From NCBI GenBank assembly GCA_963732385.1, contig CAVSZB010000004.1, forward strand, positions 32,001-96,000: DNA of 64,000 nt. Direction: 5' to 3'. The notes under the pieces were generated by a model, which saw nothing but the letters and a program-made list of their open reading frames with translations, was not told the DNA's origin and ran no database searches. Source of the stretch: an uncultured bacterium. Lineage in GTDB: Bacteria; Krumholzibacteriota; Krumholzibacteriia; LZORAL124-64-63. Positions 35,443 to 46,157 of the stretch are shown piece after piece. Within the stretch, counting starts at the first letter, position 1. Each line of letters opens with the position of its first letter. Made by a program: the position numbers and the translations under genes.

Positions 35443-36921
35443 ATGGGCGTGGCTGGCGGAAGTGAACGCGGCAGTTCGCGACCGGGGCGGCGCGCGGGAT
35501 TCGGGGCTCTAGTAGCGCTGTGGGCGCTCGTCACCGTCGGTGTGTCCGCCGGTGCTGCGCCGGGGCCGGAGACCGGCCGCTCGCCCTTTGCGGCGGTAGT
35601 GAGCCGGGATGGGCCGTCGGTGGTCAATATCCGCGCGATGCGTTCCTCCGGGCCGGGCGGCGTGGAAAGCGGCCCGCTGCAGGAGATGTTCCGCCGTTTC
35701 TTCCCCCGTGGCGAGGATTCGCGGGGCCCACAACTGGATCGTTCCGGCACCGGTTCCGGTTTTGTCGTCTCCGCGGATGGTCTCATCCTCACGAATCACC
35801 ACGTAGTGGCGGGCGCTGATTCGGTGACTGTCCGCTTCAGCGGAGAGCGCGTCGAACACCCGGCCGTGGTGGTCGGCACCGACGCGAACACCGATCTGGC
35901 CCTGCTGAGAATCGCGGTCGGTCGGTCGCTGACCGCCCTGGAGTTCGGCGATTCTGATGCCATCGCGGTCGGTGATTGGGCGATCGCTATCGGCAATCCC
36001 TTCGGCAACCTCGAGGGCAGCGTCACCGTCGGCGTGATCAGCGCCAAGGGACGCGGCGACCTGGTCATCGCAGGCGGAACGCCACGCTATCAGGACTTTA
36101 TCCAGACCGACGCCTCCATCAACTTCGGCAACAGCGGCGGGCCGCTGGTCGACATCGACGGCCGGGTCATCGGTGTCAATACCGCGGTGAACACGGGCGG
36201 GCAGGGGATCAGCTTCGCGGTGCCGAGCAACCTGGCGCAGCGGGTCTGCGCGCAGCTACGTGCGCACGGGCGGGTGATCAGGGGCTGGATCGGCGTGCAA
36301 GCGGCCCGAGTGGTCGTAGCGGATTCCGGCCCTGGCGGCGTGGTCGGCGCCCGTGTGACGGCCGTGCTGCCCGGTTCCCCCGCCGAGGCGGCCGGTCTGG
36401 CCGTGGATGATGTGATCGTGGAGTTTGCCGGTATCGCCGTGGCGGACGATCGGGATCTGCAGTTCCAGATCGCGGCAACCCCCGTGGGCCGGCCGGCGGC
36501 CTGCCTGGTCGAGCGGGCCGGGGAGCGGCGGCGCCTGTCGATCATCCCGACCGAGTTGCCTTCCGGCGGAGAGATCGTGCGGAACCTCGATCCTGCCGCC
36601 GACTGGCTCGGCATGCAGGTCGCGGAGCTGACCGATCCGAGCCCTGGGGTGAGGCAGTTGATGGAGGCTCTCGGAGTGCCGGAGGGGAACGGGATCATTG
36701 TGACGGTGGTGCGGCCGGAGGGGCAGGCGGCTGCGGCGGGGATCCGCCCCGGCGATGTCGTGGCCGCCGTGGCTGGCCAGTCGATCGCCGGGCTGGACGA
36801 TCTGCGGCGGGTGCGTGGTGAGGTAGACGGCCGCCAACAGCCCCTCGAGCTTCTGATCCGGACCGGAACCCTGGAACGAGTGGTGCGCGTCCGGCCCGAT
36901 CGCCCGGACGCTGACGGGTGA
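35443..36921 (+). CDS. HtrA/DegP-family serine protease with two PDZ domains
   Basis: GSGFVV, TNHHVV, DLALL, QTDASINFGNSGG; two PDZ-like segments. Confidence 0.92.
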   Translation: MGVAGGSERGSSRPGRRAGFGALVALWALVTVGVSAGAAPGPETGRSPFAAVVSRDGPSVVNIRAMRSSGPGGVESGPLQEMFRRFFPRGEDSRGPQLDRSGTGSGFVVSADGLILTNHHVVAGADSVTVRFSGERVEHPAVVVGTDANTDLALLRIAVGRSLTALEFGDSDAIAVGDWAIAIGNPFGNLEGSVTVGVISAKGRGDLVIAGGTPRYQDFIQTDASINFGNSGGPLVDIDGRVIGVNTAVNTGGQGISFAVPSNLAQRVCAQLRAHGRVIRGWIGVQAARVVVADSGPGGVVGARVTAVLPGSPAEAAGLAVDDVIVEFAGIAVADDRDLQFQIAATPVGRPAACLVERAGERRRLSIIPTELPSGGEIVRNLDPAADWLGMQVAELTDPSPGVRQLMEALGVPEGNGIIVTVVRPEGQAAAAGIRPGDVVAAVAGQSIAGLDDLRRVRGEVDGRQQPLELLIRTGTLERVVRVRPDRPDADG

Positions 36922-36999
36922 TGGAGTTTTGATGATGGGTGGGTGATGGATGGAACAGCCGGTGCCGAATAACAACCCTGCGGAAGGCCGGTGATCAGG

Positions 37000-37857
37000 A
37001 TGAAACGTCGTAACTCGCTCCTGCCGCCGACGCACGAGAAGAGCCTGGAGGTCTATTTTCGCGAGATCAACCGCTACCCTCTGCTGACGCGTGAACAGGA
37101 GGCGGAGTTCGCGCGTCGCATCCACGAAGGGGACCAGCAGGCGCTGCAGTCCCTGGTGAATGCGAACCTGCGTTTCGTGGTGTCGGTGGCCAAGCGCTAC
37201 GTGAGCCAGGGGCTGACCCTGCCGGACCTCATCAACGAAGGCAACATGGGTCTGCTCAAGGCGGCGCATCGCTTCGACGAGAAGCGCGGGTACAAGTTCA
37301 TTTCCTACGCGGTCTGGTGGGTCCGACAGTCGATCCTGCAGGCGCTGCTCGACCAGGCACGCCTCGTGCGTCTGCCACAGAATCAGTCGGCCCTGCTCAT
37401 GAAGATCAATCGGGCGCGGCATGCCCTGCAGGGAGCGTCCGGAGGGCAGGTCGATGCGGAACAGATCGCGCAGCATATCGGCCGTCATGTGGAGGAGGTG
37501 CGCCACGCGCTGGGCCATGCCGGTCAGGAACTGACGTTGGACGATTGCGGTGGCGAGGGCGATGAGCGGTCGCTGGCCGAATCTCTGGTGGATGACAACC
37601 AGCCGGCGCCTGACGTTCCGCTTTTCGAGCGGGGTCTGCAGGAGGATGTGCGCCGTTGTCTGACGGCGTTGACCCCGCGAGAGGCCGACATCATCGTCCT
37701 CTATTTCGGGCTGGGCTCGGAGGAGGCCCTGACGCTGGAGGAGATCGGCCAGCGGATGGGACTGACCCGGGAGCGGATCCGGCAGATCAAGGAGAAGGCG
37801 TTGACCAGGATGCGGGGTTCGCTGGGGCAGGCCCTGCTGGCGGATTACTACAAGTAG
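37000..37857 (+). CDS. RpoD/SigA-family sigma factor lacking region 1.1
   Basis: ANLRFVVSVAKRY, DLINEGNMGL, KFISYAVWWVRQSI, TLEEIG...TRERIRQI. Confidence 0.92.
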   Translation: MKRRNSLLPPTHEKSLEVYFREINRYPLLTREQEAEFARRIHEGDQQALQSLVNANLRFVVSVAKRYVSQGLTLPDLINEGNMGLLKAAHRFDEKRGYKFISYAVWWVRQSILQALLDQARLVRLPQNQSALLMKINRARHALQGASGGQVDAEQIAQHIGRHVEEVRHALGHAGQELTLDDCGGEGDERSLAESLVDDNQPAPDVPLFERGLQEDVRRCLTALTPREADIIVLYFGLGSEEALTLEEIGQRMGLTRERIRQIKEKALTRMRGSLGQALLADYYK

Positions 37858-38036
37858 GGAGCGGAGTCGGGGCCGGTGTGGGCCGGCCTGTTTGGGCGTT
37901 ATTTGATCTTTTGATACGCGAAGGCCGCAGTTTCGACTCAGGCTTGACACCGGCCGGGCGATCTGTATGTTGATGCCTGCTGTTTTGCCGCCGGGAAATC
38001 CGATCTGACCGCACCGATTCCGCGGTGTTGGAGGCT

Positions 38037-38969
38037 ATGCTCCGCAAGCGCCACTACACCTTTCTGTATGTCCCGGACGATCACGCGCAGATGCGCCGGG
38101 TGCGGCTGCCCAGGGGGGCCGTGCTGGGTGGTGGCGCGGGGTTGCTGATCTTGGTGGTGCTTGCTCTCTGTTTCGTGGCCGGTTTCGGACGACACCCGGC
38201 CGGACCGACCGGGGGATCACGCGGCCTTGCCGCGGAGAATGCGGGCCTGCGGGCGGAGCTCACGCGGCTGGAGCAGAAGGTCTCTCTGCTGCGGCAGGAT
38301 CTGACCGCCTCTTTCCGCCTTCAGGACACCGTGGCTTTGACGGTTGGACTCGATACGCTCGGGTCCGTCGTGCAGGCGGCGGGAATCGGCGGGCGGGAAC
38401 CGCTGCCGGTTTCGCCGACGCTGCCGGCCGCGCGCGAGAATGCCAGGCTGGCCGGTCTCGATCTCACCCTCGATCAGATGCTGCGCCAGGCCAGGGTCCA
38501 GCGCCAGGGATACCAGACGATTCTGGATACGTTGAGCGGTCGCGCCTCCCGGCGCGATCGGATCCCCTCGATCCGCCCGGTGGACGGGGGCTGGGTGACC
38601 TCGGGGTTCGGCCAGAGGAACGATCCGTTCACGGGCCGGGCGACCCTGCATGAGGGCACCGACTTCTCCGTGCCCATGGGCACGGACGTCCACGTGACCG
38701 CCGACGGTGTCGTGCGCGAAGTCTCCTTCGAACGGGGTTTCGGGCACTGCGTCGTGGTCCAGCACGATAGTCGCACCGCCACCCGCTACGCGCACCTATC
38801 GCGGATTCTGGTCGAACGGGGCGTCGCGGTGCACCGCGGCCAGGTCATCGCGCTCTCGGGTCGGAGCGGACGCGCCACATCGCCTCATCTGCACTACGAG
38901 CTGCTGGTCGGCGGCAGACCGGTCGATCCGCTGCCGCATATCCTGGAAAGCTACGCCAGGCGGCGTTGA
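38037..38969 (+). CDS. M23-family peptidoglycan endopeptidase with N-terminal TM helix and coiled coil
   Basis: PSIRPV.GG.VTSGFG.R.DPFTG...HEGTDF...YAHL...PHLHYE. Confidence 0.9.
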   Translation: MLRKRHYTFLYVPDDHAQMRRVRLPRGAVLGGGAGLLILVVLALCFVAGFGRHPAGPTGGSRGLAAENAGLRAELTRLEQKVSLLRQDLTASFRLQDTVALTVGLDTLGSVVQAAGIGGREPLPVSPTLPAARENARLAGLDLTLDQMLRQARVQRQGYQTILDTLSGRASRRDRIPSIRPVDGGWVTSGFGQRNDPFTGRATLHEGTDFSVPMGTDVHVTADGVVREVSFERGFGHCVVVQHDSRTATRYAHLSRILVERGVAVHRGQVIALSGRSGRATSPHLHYELLVGGRPVDPLPHILESYARRR

Positions 38970-39079
38970 ATCGCCCCGGCTCGATCCACGCTGGTAAAGT
39001 CCGTTTCACGGCCGACAGCCCTGTGCTATCTTCCTGCCTGCCCGGCCGGCGAGGCCGGGAAGAGGAGCGTCCGGTTGGC

Positions 39080-40639
39080 ATGAGGCCTTTGTGGCGGGAA
39101 TTGAGATTGGCGGGGGTGGGCGGCTTCACCCTGCTCTGGCTGGGTGTGGGCCTCTGCTCGCCCGCCCTGGCCGGGGCGGCGAAGGCCCGCGCGACCGTCG
39201 TGCGGCAGGTCCGTACCTGGACGGCTCCCGACCACACGCGGATCGTGCTCGATCTGAGCGGCCCGACCGCGTACGAGGTCAGGCGGGTGACGAATCCGGA
39301 CCGGGTCGCGGTTAATATCGCCGGCGCGCGGTTCGCGTCCACATCCGCCCTGACGGTTGGTGACGGGGTCGTGGCGAAGGTGCGCCGCAACGCGCTGCGT
39401 GGCCGGGCCCAGTTGGTGATCGACCTGGGAGGGGCCGGCGAAATCCGCCACTTCCGGTTGCCGGCCGCGAATGGTCGGCCGCACCGGATTGTCGTGGATG
39501 TGTTCCGGCCGGTCGTGGTGGCGGCGCCGCCGGTCGGTTCCGGGGCGTCTGTCACAACTGACCCCGCCAGTACCGGGATGGTGGCCGGGGGGGACTCCGG
39601 AGCGATCGCGGAAGTGACGCCCGATTCAGGTGGTTCTCCGGAGGTGGCCGGCACGCCGCCCCTGGACGAGGGGAATCCCGGGCGCGCACAGGGGCCGGCG
39701 ACTCTCGCCACCACGGATGCAGCCGCGGCGTTGCCGGACCAGACCGCCGCCGTGGTGCCGACGCGCCTTTTCACAGTGATCATCGATCCCGGTCACGGCG
39801 GCATGGACCCGGGAGCGATCCGTAGCGGTGTGCAGGAGAAGGATATCACCTTGGAGGTGGCTCGGGAGATGGCGCGGCAGATCGCCGCGATCCCCGACTG
39901 CCGGGTCGTCCTGACCCGGGACGGGGATTACTTCGTCAGTCTGGCCGATCGCGTGCGGATTGCCCGCCGGGAGCGGGGTGATATCTTCGTCTCGCTTCAC
40001 TGCAACACGCACCCGCGGACCAGCACCGACGGCATGGAGGTATATTTTCTCTCTCTCCAGGGGGCGACCGACCGCGAAGCCCAGGAACTGGCCGACAAGG
40101 AGAATGCGGCCGACATGGTCGGGCTGCCGCCGGACGAGGCCTATGACGATTCGGTGTTGTCGATACTGATGGACCTGCGCATGGCGCGGGTGCTCGACCA
40201 GTCGAGCCGGCTGGCGGAGGCGATCCTGCAGTCGGCGCGCGGCTCGAATCTGATCGGCGCGCGCAGGGTCAAGCAGGCGCGCTTCCAGGTGCTGCGGTCG
40301 CTGGCGATGCCTTCGGCTCTGGTGGAGATGGCGTATCTTTCCAACGCTGGCGATCGGACGGTGCTGAACGTCGCCGCGGGACGCAGGCGGCTGGCCGGAC
40401 TGGTGGCCGATGGAGTGCTCTCCTGGCGCGGTGTCCCGGCGCCGTCGGCCGGTGACGGCGTGCCGCTCGCGGGCGCCGTCGATGCCTGGCGGCGGCGGTA
40501 TCGCGTGCGCCGTGGGGATACGCTCTGGGATCTGGCGCGACGGCACGGCACGACGATCGCGGAAATCTGCCGGCAAAACAGCCTGTCGGCGGCGAAAATC
40601 AGGGCAGGCCAGAATCTGCGCCTGCCGGGCGCGGACTGA
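39080..40639 (+). CDS. N-acetylmuramoyl-L-alanine amidase (AMIN + Amidase_3 + LysM)
   Basis: TRIVLDL (AMIN), IDPGHGGMDPGA, SLHCN, LVEMAY, YRVRRGDTLWDLARRHG (LysM). Confidence 0.9.
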   Translation: MRPLWRELRLAGVGGFTLLWLGVGLCSPALAGAAKARATVVRQVRTWTAPDHTRIVLDLSGPTAYEVRRVTNPDRVAVNIAGARFASTSALTVGDGVVAKVRRNALRGRAQLVIDLGGAGEIRHFRLPAANGRPHRIVVDVFRPVVVAAPPVGSGASVTTDPASTGMVAGGDSGAIAEVTPDSGGSPEVAGTPPLDEGNPGRAQGPATLATTDAAAALPDQTAAVVPTRLFTVIIDPGHGGMDPGAIRSGVQEKDITLEVAREMARQIAAIPDCRVVLTRDGDYFVSLADRVRIARRERGDIFVSLHCNTHPRTSTDGMEVYFLSLQGATDREAQELADKENAADMVGLPPDEAYDDSVLSILMDLRMARVLDQSSRLAEAILQSARGSNLIGARRVKQARFQVLRSLAMPSALVEMAYLSNAGDRTVLNVAAGRRRLAGLVADGVLSWRGVPAPSAGDGVPLAGAVDAWRRRYRVRRGDTLWDLARRHGTTIAEICRQNSLSAAKIRAGQNLRLPGAD

Positions 40640-40645
40640 GGACGG

Positions 40646-41050
40646 ATGAAGCGGATCGGGCTCAAACTGATCTGTCTGCTCGCGGCGCTGGTGCTCTGGC
40701 TCCAGGTCGCCGCCACGACCGTGGTGGATGACACCGTGGCGATGCCGCTGCAGGCGGTCGGGCTGCGGGAAGGGACAGCGCCCGCGTCGGGCGACCTGCC
40801 GCGTTCGGTTCGGGTGCGGGTGCGGGGCAGCAAACTGCAGTTGGTGGCCCATCGGTATTTCGGGCAGCGCGTCGGGACCGTGGTGGTCGATCTGGCGCGT
40901 CCCGCGCCCGGCAGCATTGTCGAGCAGGACGTCGGGACGGAGGACGTGCGGTCCGAACTGTCCGCGCTGTCCATCACACCGCCCGTTCGCCTGCGCGTCC
41001 GCATGGTGAACGCGGTCGCGGCGGCCGGTGGCGGGGAGGCGCGACGGTGA
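40646..41050 (+). CDS. YbbR/CdaR-like membrane protein (short)
   Basis: 'LKLICLLAALVLWLQV' N-terminal TM helix and 'P.SVRVRVRG' resemble YbbR. Confidence 0.55.
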   Translation: MKRIGLKLICLLAALVLWLQVAATTVVDDTVAMPLQAVGLREGTAPASGDLPRSVRVRVRGSKLQLVAHRYFGQRVGTVVVDLARPAPGSIVEQDVGTEDVRSELSALSITPPVRLRVRMVNAVAAAGGGEARR

Positions 41051-42003
41051 CATCCGCAACCCCGCCACCGCGGCCGGGTCGCGTGCGGTTGCCCCGTTCA
41101 ACCGTGTTGGCGGGAGCGGCGGTCGTCCTGCTGGCCGCGTCGGCGCTCTGGTGGCCGCCCCGCGGTTCCGCACCGGTCGAGGGGCTGTTCCTGGTGATCG
41201 ATCCCCTCGTCGAGGTGCGTGGCGATCAACTGTACGCTCCCCTGGCCGCTTGGCTGGCCGACGGCGTGGGACGACCGCTGCGCCTGCTGGTGGCCCGCCG
41301 GGTGGCGGACGTGCCGGCGCGCACGTGGCAGGATGTGGGACTGGTGCTCTGCCCGGACGGCGTGGCGCTCGGATTGCGATCGGAGGATTTCACCACCGTG
41401 GCCGCGGCGCGACGCCAGGCGCCGCAGAACCTGCGCCCCCGGTCAGTGCTCGTTTACCGTCTCGCCGCGGGATTCACGCCGGCGCCGTGGATCACGGCGC
41501 CCGCACGCACGATTCTCGGCGACAGTCTCTCGCTGGCCGGCTGCGGCGTGGCGTGCCGTCAGGGCGAGCGACCCTGGCGCGGTCGATCGTCACGACAGCA
41601 GGCCCCGATGGTCGGGGCGGATCCGTACGACCACGGACCGGTGCTGCAGACCCTCGCTCTGGGCTGCTTCGACTACGCTCTGGTGCGGGAATGGACCGCG
41701 CGGCGCTGGCGCGCGGCGGGACTGCTCGACCCGGCGACGTGGGAGATGGCGCCGGTCAGCGCGCCGTTGCCTGACGTGGTGGTCATGGTCTCGCGCCGCT
41801 GGCCCGCCGCAGACCGGGTGCGCACGGGAGAGCGGCTGGTCAGCATCGGTCGCCGGCAGGAAGCGGGTACGAGCGCGCCGGAGGTTTCGGCGTTGTCGGT
41901 TCTCGATCGCCTGGGGCTGGCGGGATTCAACCCGCTGCTCGAACCTGACTTCGAGTTGACCAGGCGGCAGTTCGCGCCGGGCTGGTCGGCGGGCAGGTTG
42001 TAG
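41047..42003 (+). CDS. PhnD-like periplasmic binding-fold protein (divergent)
   Basis: TM anchor; 'YAPLAAWLA...GRPLRL', 'HGPVLQTL..G..D', 'SAPLPD'. Confidence 0.5.
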   Translation: MTSATPPPRPGRVRLPRSTVLAGAAVVLLAASALWWPPRGSAPVEGLFLVIDPLVEVRGDQLYAPLAAWLADGVGRPLRLLVARRVADVPARTWQDVGLVLCPDGVALGLRSEDFTTVAAARRQAPQNLRPRSVLVYRLAAGFTPAPWITAPARTILGDSLSLAGCGVACRQGERPWRGRSSRQQAPMVGADPYDHGPVLQTLALGCFDYALVREWTARRWRAAGLLDPATWEMAPVSAPLPDVVVMVSRRWPAADRVRTGERLVSIGRRQEAGTSAPEVSALSVLDRLGLAGFNPLLEPDFELTRRQFAPGWSAGRL

Positions 42004-42084
42004 GCGCAGGTCGGGCGGCCGGCGGTGCCGGCTGGTGGAGCAACGGTCATCCAGGCTGCGCCGAGGCGCGGGTGAAGGGGTCTG

Positions 42085-43359
42085 ATGGAGCTCAGATATC
42101 GCCGGCTCAAGGGGACGCGGGACGTTCTGCTCGAGGAGGCCGAGCAGTGGCGCTGGTGCGAGGAGCGCTGGCGTGAAACGCTTGAGCGTTACGGGTATGG
42201 GGAGATCCGCACGCCGATCATGGAACCGACGGAGTTGTTCACCCGCTCCGTGGGCGAAGGGACCGACATCGTCGACAAGGAGATGTACACTTTCCTGACC
42301 AAGGGGGAGGAGAGTGTCACCCTGCGCCCGGAGGCCACGGCGTCGGTGGTGCGCGCCTATCTTGAGAACGGTCTGATGCGCCAGCCGGGCACGCTGAAGT
42401 TCTTCTACCTCGGGCCGATGTTCCGCCACGATCGCCCGCAGGCCGGACGGCTGCGGCAGTTCCACCAGGTGGGGGTGGAGGCGATCGGTTCGGCGAGTCC
42501 GGTGCTCGACGCCGAGGTGATCCGCGCGGCGCTGGCGCTGTTCGAAGCGGTGGACGCGGAGAACCTGGTCACCAGGATCAACAACATCGGCTGTCCCGTC
42601 TGCCGGCCCGGATACGTGGCCGGCCTGCAGTCCTGGGCGCGGGAGCGCGCGGACCGGTTCTGCGGTACCTGCCGCGCGCGCCTGCCGGTCAATCCGCTGC
42701 GCCTGTTCGACTGTAAGGAGGATGAGTGCCGGACGCTGCTCGCCGGCTACCCGGAGATCGTGGATTCGCTCTGCGGCGAGTGCGCGGAACACGAGCGCAC
42801 GGTGCGCGGCACCCTGGACGACATGGGTGTGCGGTATACGGTCGATCCCACGCTGGTGCGCGGGCTGGACTACTATACGCGAACCACGTTCGAGATCAGC
42901 GCCGTCGAAGGACGCAAGCAGAGTTCCCTCTGCGGCGGCGGGCGCTATGACGGGCTCATTGCGCAGTGCGGTGGTGATCCGACGCCGGCGGTCGGTTTTT
43001 CGCTCGGTGTGGAGCGCACGATCCGGCACCTCTACGCCGAGCCGGTCGATCCGCAGCGGAGCCGACGACCCCGTGTGGATGTCTATGTCGTCTGCCTGGG
43101 CCCGGCGGCCCAGCGGTACGCTCTGGCGCGCGTCGACGCGCTGCGCGGCGTCTGCCGGGTGGAGATCGACTGCTCCGGGCGGGCGGTAAAGGCACAGATG
43201 AAGTCGGCGGACGGCCGTCAGGCCCGCCTGGTCCTGCTCGCGGGCGACGAGGAGATGGCCGGGGAGACGCTGCAACTCAAGAATCTGGAATCGGGACAGC
43301 AGTACGGCATCGCCGCGGGTGGGGTTCTCGCGGCGGTGAGGGAGGTGCTCGGTCTGTGA
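42085..43359 (+). CDS. hisS: Histidine--tRNA ligase
   Basis: [44 protein letters not shown]. Confidence 0.96.
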   Translation: MELRYRRLKGTRDVLLEEAEQWRWCEERWRETLERYGYGEIRTPIMEPTELFTRSVGEGTDIVDKEMYTFLTKGEESVTLRPEATASVVRAYLENGLMRQPGTLKFFYLGPMFRHDRPQAGRLRQFHQVGVEAIGSASPVLDAEVIRAALALFEAVDAENLVTRINNIGCPVCRPGYVAGLQSWARERADRFCGTCRARLPVNPLRLFDCKEDECRTLLAGYPEIVDSLCGECAEHERTVRGTLDDMGVRYTVDPTLVRGLDYYTRTTFEISAVEGRKQSSLCGGGRYDGLIAQCGGDPTPAVGFSLGVERTIRHLYAEPVDPQRSRRPRVDVYVVCLGPAAQRYALARVDALRGVCRVEIDCSGRAVKAQMKSADGRQARLVLLAGDEEMAGETLQLKNLESGQQYGIAAGGVLAAVREVLGL

Positions 43360-45143
43360 ACGAGGTTGCGGGCAACGGCGCCCCGCGCACCCATCGCTGC
43401 GGCGAGGTCGCCGCGCACCTTGTCGGGCAGGAGATCGTCCTGGCCGGGTGGGCTGGTCGCGTGCGGGACATGGGCGGTGTGGTGTTCATCGATCTGCGCG
43501 ATCGGTGGGGCCTCGTGCAGGTGGTCTGCGACGAGGGCGCGCCGCTGGCACGGGGCAAGGGGCTCAAGATCGAGTCGGTGGTCCGGGTGCGGGGGCGCGT
43601 GCGGGCGCGGCCCGAGGGCATGGTCAATCCACACCTCTCCACCGGCGGCGTGGAAGTGGTCGCGCTGGAACTGACAGTGCTCAACAGTTGCCTGCCTCTG
43701 CCCTTCCAGCTCGATCAGGCGGAGAACGCGGGCGAGGAGTTGCGCCTCAAACACCGCTACATCCATCTGCGGCATCCGGGCATGGCGCGCAACCTCGAGG
43801 TGCGCCATCGGGCCGCCCAGGCGGTGCGACGATTCCTCTCGTCGCACGATTTTCTCGAGATCGAGACACCCATGTTGATCAAGACCACCCCCGAAGGGGC
43901 GCGTGACTACGTGGTGCCCAGCCGCGTGCACCGCGGACGCTTCTTCGCGCTGCCGCAGTCGCCGCAGCTCTACAAGCAGATCCTGATGGTGTCGGGAGTG
44001 GACCGCTACTTCCAGCTTGCCCGCTGCCTGCGCGACGAGGATCTGCGCAAGGACCGACAGCCGGAGCACACGCAGATCGATATCGAGATGAGTTTCGTGC
44101 GCGAGACCGACCTGTTCGCCCTGGTGGAAGAGATGCTGGCGATCGTGTTCGCGGAGGCGGCGGGTATCACGCTGGAAACGCCTTTCCCGCGCCTGGCCTA
44201 CGACGATGCTATGGCGCTCTACGGCTCGGACAAGCCGGACCTGCGGTTCGGGTGCCCGATGCGCGAGCTTGACGACCTCGTGCCTGGCTGTGGCTTCGGC
44301 GTGTTCGAAGCGGCGCTCACGGCGGGCGGGGTCGTGCGCTGTCTGTGCGCGCCCGGCCTCGGCGGCTGGAGCCGCAAACAGGTGGGCGAGCTGGAGGAGA
44401 TCGCGCGCGCCCGCGGTGCGCAGGGGCTGGCCTGGACGAAAGTTGCGGGTGGTCGCTGCGAGGGGGGTGTGGCGCGGTTGCTGTCGCCCACGTTCCAGAC
44501 CGGGCTGCTGGAGCGGACCAGTGCCCAGGAGGGCGATCTCCTGCTGTTCGGGGCCGGCGCGCGGGAGACCGTGCAGTCGGCGCTGGGCGTGGTGCGACTC
44601 GAACTGGCGCAGCGGGCCGGCTGGATCGCGCCGGGCACGTGGGCTCTGGCCTGGATCCACACCTTCCCGCTGTTTGAGGCGATGCCGGAAACGGGTGGCT
44701 GGACTGCGGCGCACCACATGTTCACCATGCCGCGTGACGAGGACCTGGCGCGGCTGGAGAGCGACCCGGGCGCGGTGCGCGCCCGGCTCTACGATCTGGT
44801 CTGCAACGGCGTGGAACTCGGCTCGGGGAGCATCCGCGTGCATCTGCGCGAGTTGCAGGAGCGCATTTTCGCGGTCTGCGGCCTGACCCCCGAGGAGTGG
44901 CGGGAGAAGTTCGGCTTCTTCCTCGACGCGCTCGAGTACGGCGCGCCGCCGCACGGCGGCATCGCGCTGGGACTTGATCGGGTCGTGATGCTGATGACCG
45001 GCAGCGCCTCCCTGCGCGAGGTGATCGCCTTCCCCAAGACGAACCTGGCGATCTCCCCCCTCGACAGCGCGCCCGGTCTCCTGGCGCCGGCTCAACTGGC
45101 CGAGTTGGGACTGCGCATCGTACCGGAAGAGGGGGCCCCATGA
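43356..45143 (+). CDS. aspS: Aspartate--tRNA ligase
   Basis: [44 protein letters not shown]. Confidence 0.96.
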   Translation: MNEVAGNGAPRTHRCGEVAAHLVGQEIVLAGWAGRVRDMGGVVFIDLRDRWGLVQVVCDEGAPLARGKGLKIESVVRVRGRVRARPEGMVNPHLSTGGVEVVALELTVLNSCLPLPFQLDQAENAGEELRLKHRYIHLRHPGMARNLEVRHRAAQAVRRFLSSHDFLEIETPMLIKTTPEGARDYVVPSRVHRGRFFALPQSPQLYKQILMVSGVDRYFQLARCLRDEDLRKDRQPEHTQIDIEMSFVRETDLFALVEEMLAIVFAEAAGITLETPFPRLAYDDAMALYGSDKPDLRFGCPMRELDDLVPGCGFGVFEAALTAGGVVRCLCAPGLGGWSRKQVGELEEIARARGAQGLAWTKVAGGRCEGGVARLLSPTFQTGLLERTSAQEGDLLLFGAGARETVQSALGVVRLELAQRAGWIAPGTWALAWIHTFPLFEAMPETGGWTAAHHMFTMPRDEDLARLESDPGAVRARLYDLVCNGVELGSGSIRVHLRELQERIFAVCGLTPEEWREKFGFFLDALEYGAPPHGGIALGLDRVVMLMTGSASLREVIAFPKTNLAISPLDSAPGLLAPAQLAELGLRIVPEEGAP

Positions 45144-46153
45144 CCGGGCGCGAGACGGGCGTTTCCGGGGAGGCGGGCGACGAGGTCACGCTGTCGCTCA
45201 CGGGTGTCGATCAGTTGGCGCTGCTGGGCTGGAATGATGGCAATCTGCGCCTGCTCGAAGCGCGTTGTGACGGGACCATCACCGTGCGCGGCGAGGCGAT
45301 GATCCTGCGGGGACCGCGCCGGCAACTGGAACCGTTGACCCGGGCCGCCCGCCGTCTGATCACGCTGGCGGGCGAGGGCCAGGCGCTCGACGCCGTGATG
45401 GTCTCCTATGTGCTCGATGAGGAGATGGGGGGGGGCGAGGCGCCGGCGGACCCCGAAGGCGGGGAGGGGGGGGAAGCCCTCCACTTCGCGGCCGGGAGCC
45501 GGCAGGCGATCCGTGCGCGCACCGCGGGACAGCGCGAATACGTGGAGGCGATCCGCGCTCATGACGTGGTCTTCTCGATCGGTCCGGCCGGCACGGGCAA
45601 GACCTACCTGGCCGTCGTGATGGCGATGGAGTACCTCAAGCGGCGACTCGTGGACCGGGTGCTGCTGGTGCGTCCCGCCGTCGAGGCGGGCGAGCAGCTC
45701 GGGTTCCTCCCGGGCGACCTGCAGGAGAAGATCGATCCGTACCTGCGCCCGCTCTACGACGCCCTGACAGATACCATCGGGTCGGGCAAGATTGGTCGTT
45801 ACATGGCCAACGGGACCATTGAGGCAGCGCCGCTGGCCTACATGCGCGGGCGGACGCTCAGCCACTCGTTCATCATTCTCGACGAAGCGCAGAACACCAC
45901 CACCGGCCAGATGAAGATGTTCCTGACCCGTCTCGGTCTGCAGTCGAAGGCTGTGATCACGGGCGACGTGACCCAGATCGATCTCAAGGACAAGCAGCAG
46001 TCGGGGCTGGTGGCAGTGCAGCGGATCCTGGCCCACACCGAGGGCGTAGCCTTCGTCCAGCTGGAGGGCCGCGACGTCGTGCGGCATCCCCTGGTGCGCC
46101 GCATCGTCGATGCGTTTCAACTCGCCGAGGAGCAGGACGGCAGGAGGATCTGA
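45140..46153 (+). CDS. phoH: PhoH-family ATPase
   Basis: [41 protein letters not shown]. Confidence 0.92.
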   Translation: MTGRETGVSGEAGDEVTLSLTGVDQLALLGWNDGNLRLLEARCDGTITVRGEAMILRGPRRQLEPLTRAARRLITLAGEGQALDAVMVSYVLDEEMGGGEAPADPEGGEGGEALHFAAGSRQAIRARTAGQREYVEAIRAHDVVFSIGPAGTGKTYLAVVMAMEYLKRRLVDRVLLVRPAVEAGEQLGFLPGDLQEKIDPYLRPLYDALTDTIGSGKIGRYMANGTIEAAPLAYMRGRTLSHSFIILDEAQNTTTGQMKMFLTRLGLQSKAVITGDVTQIDLKDKQQSGLVAVQRILAHTEGVAFVQLEGRDVVRHPLVRRIVDAFQLAEEQDGRRI

Positions 46154-46157
46154 TTTG

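Noticed and set aside
45427..45480. Other poly-G tracts (for example in phoH) as phase-variation sites
   Set aside because: The reading frames are intact and the genes are housekeeping; G runs are expected in Gly codons at this GC content.
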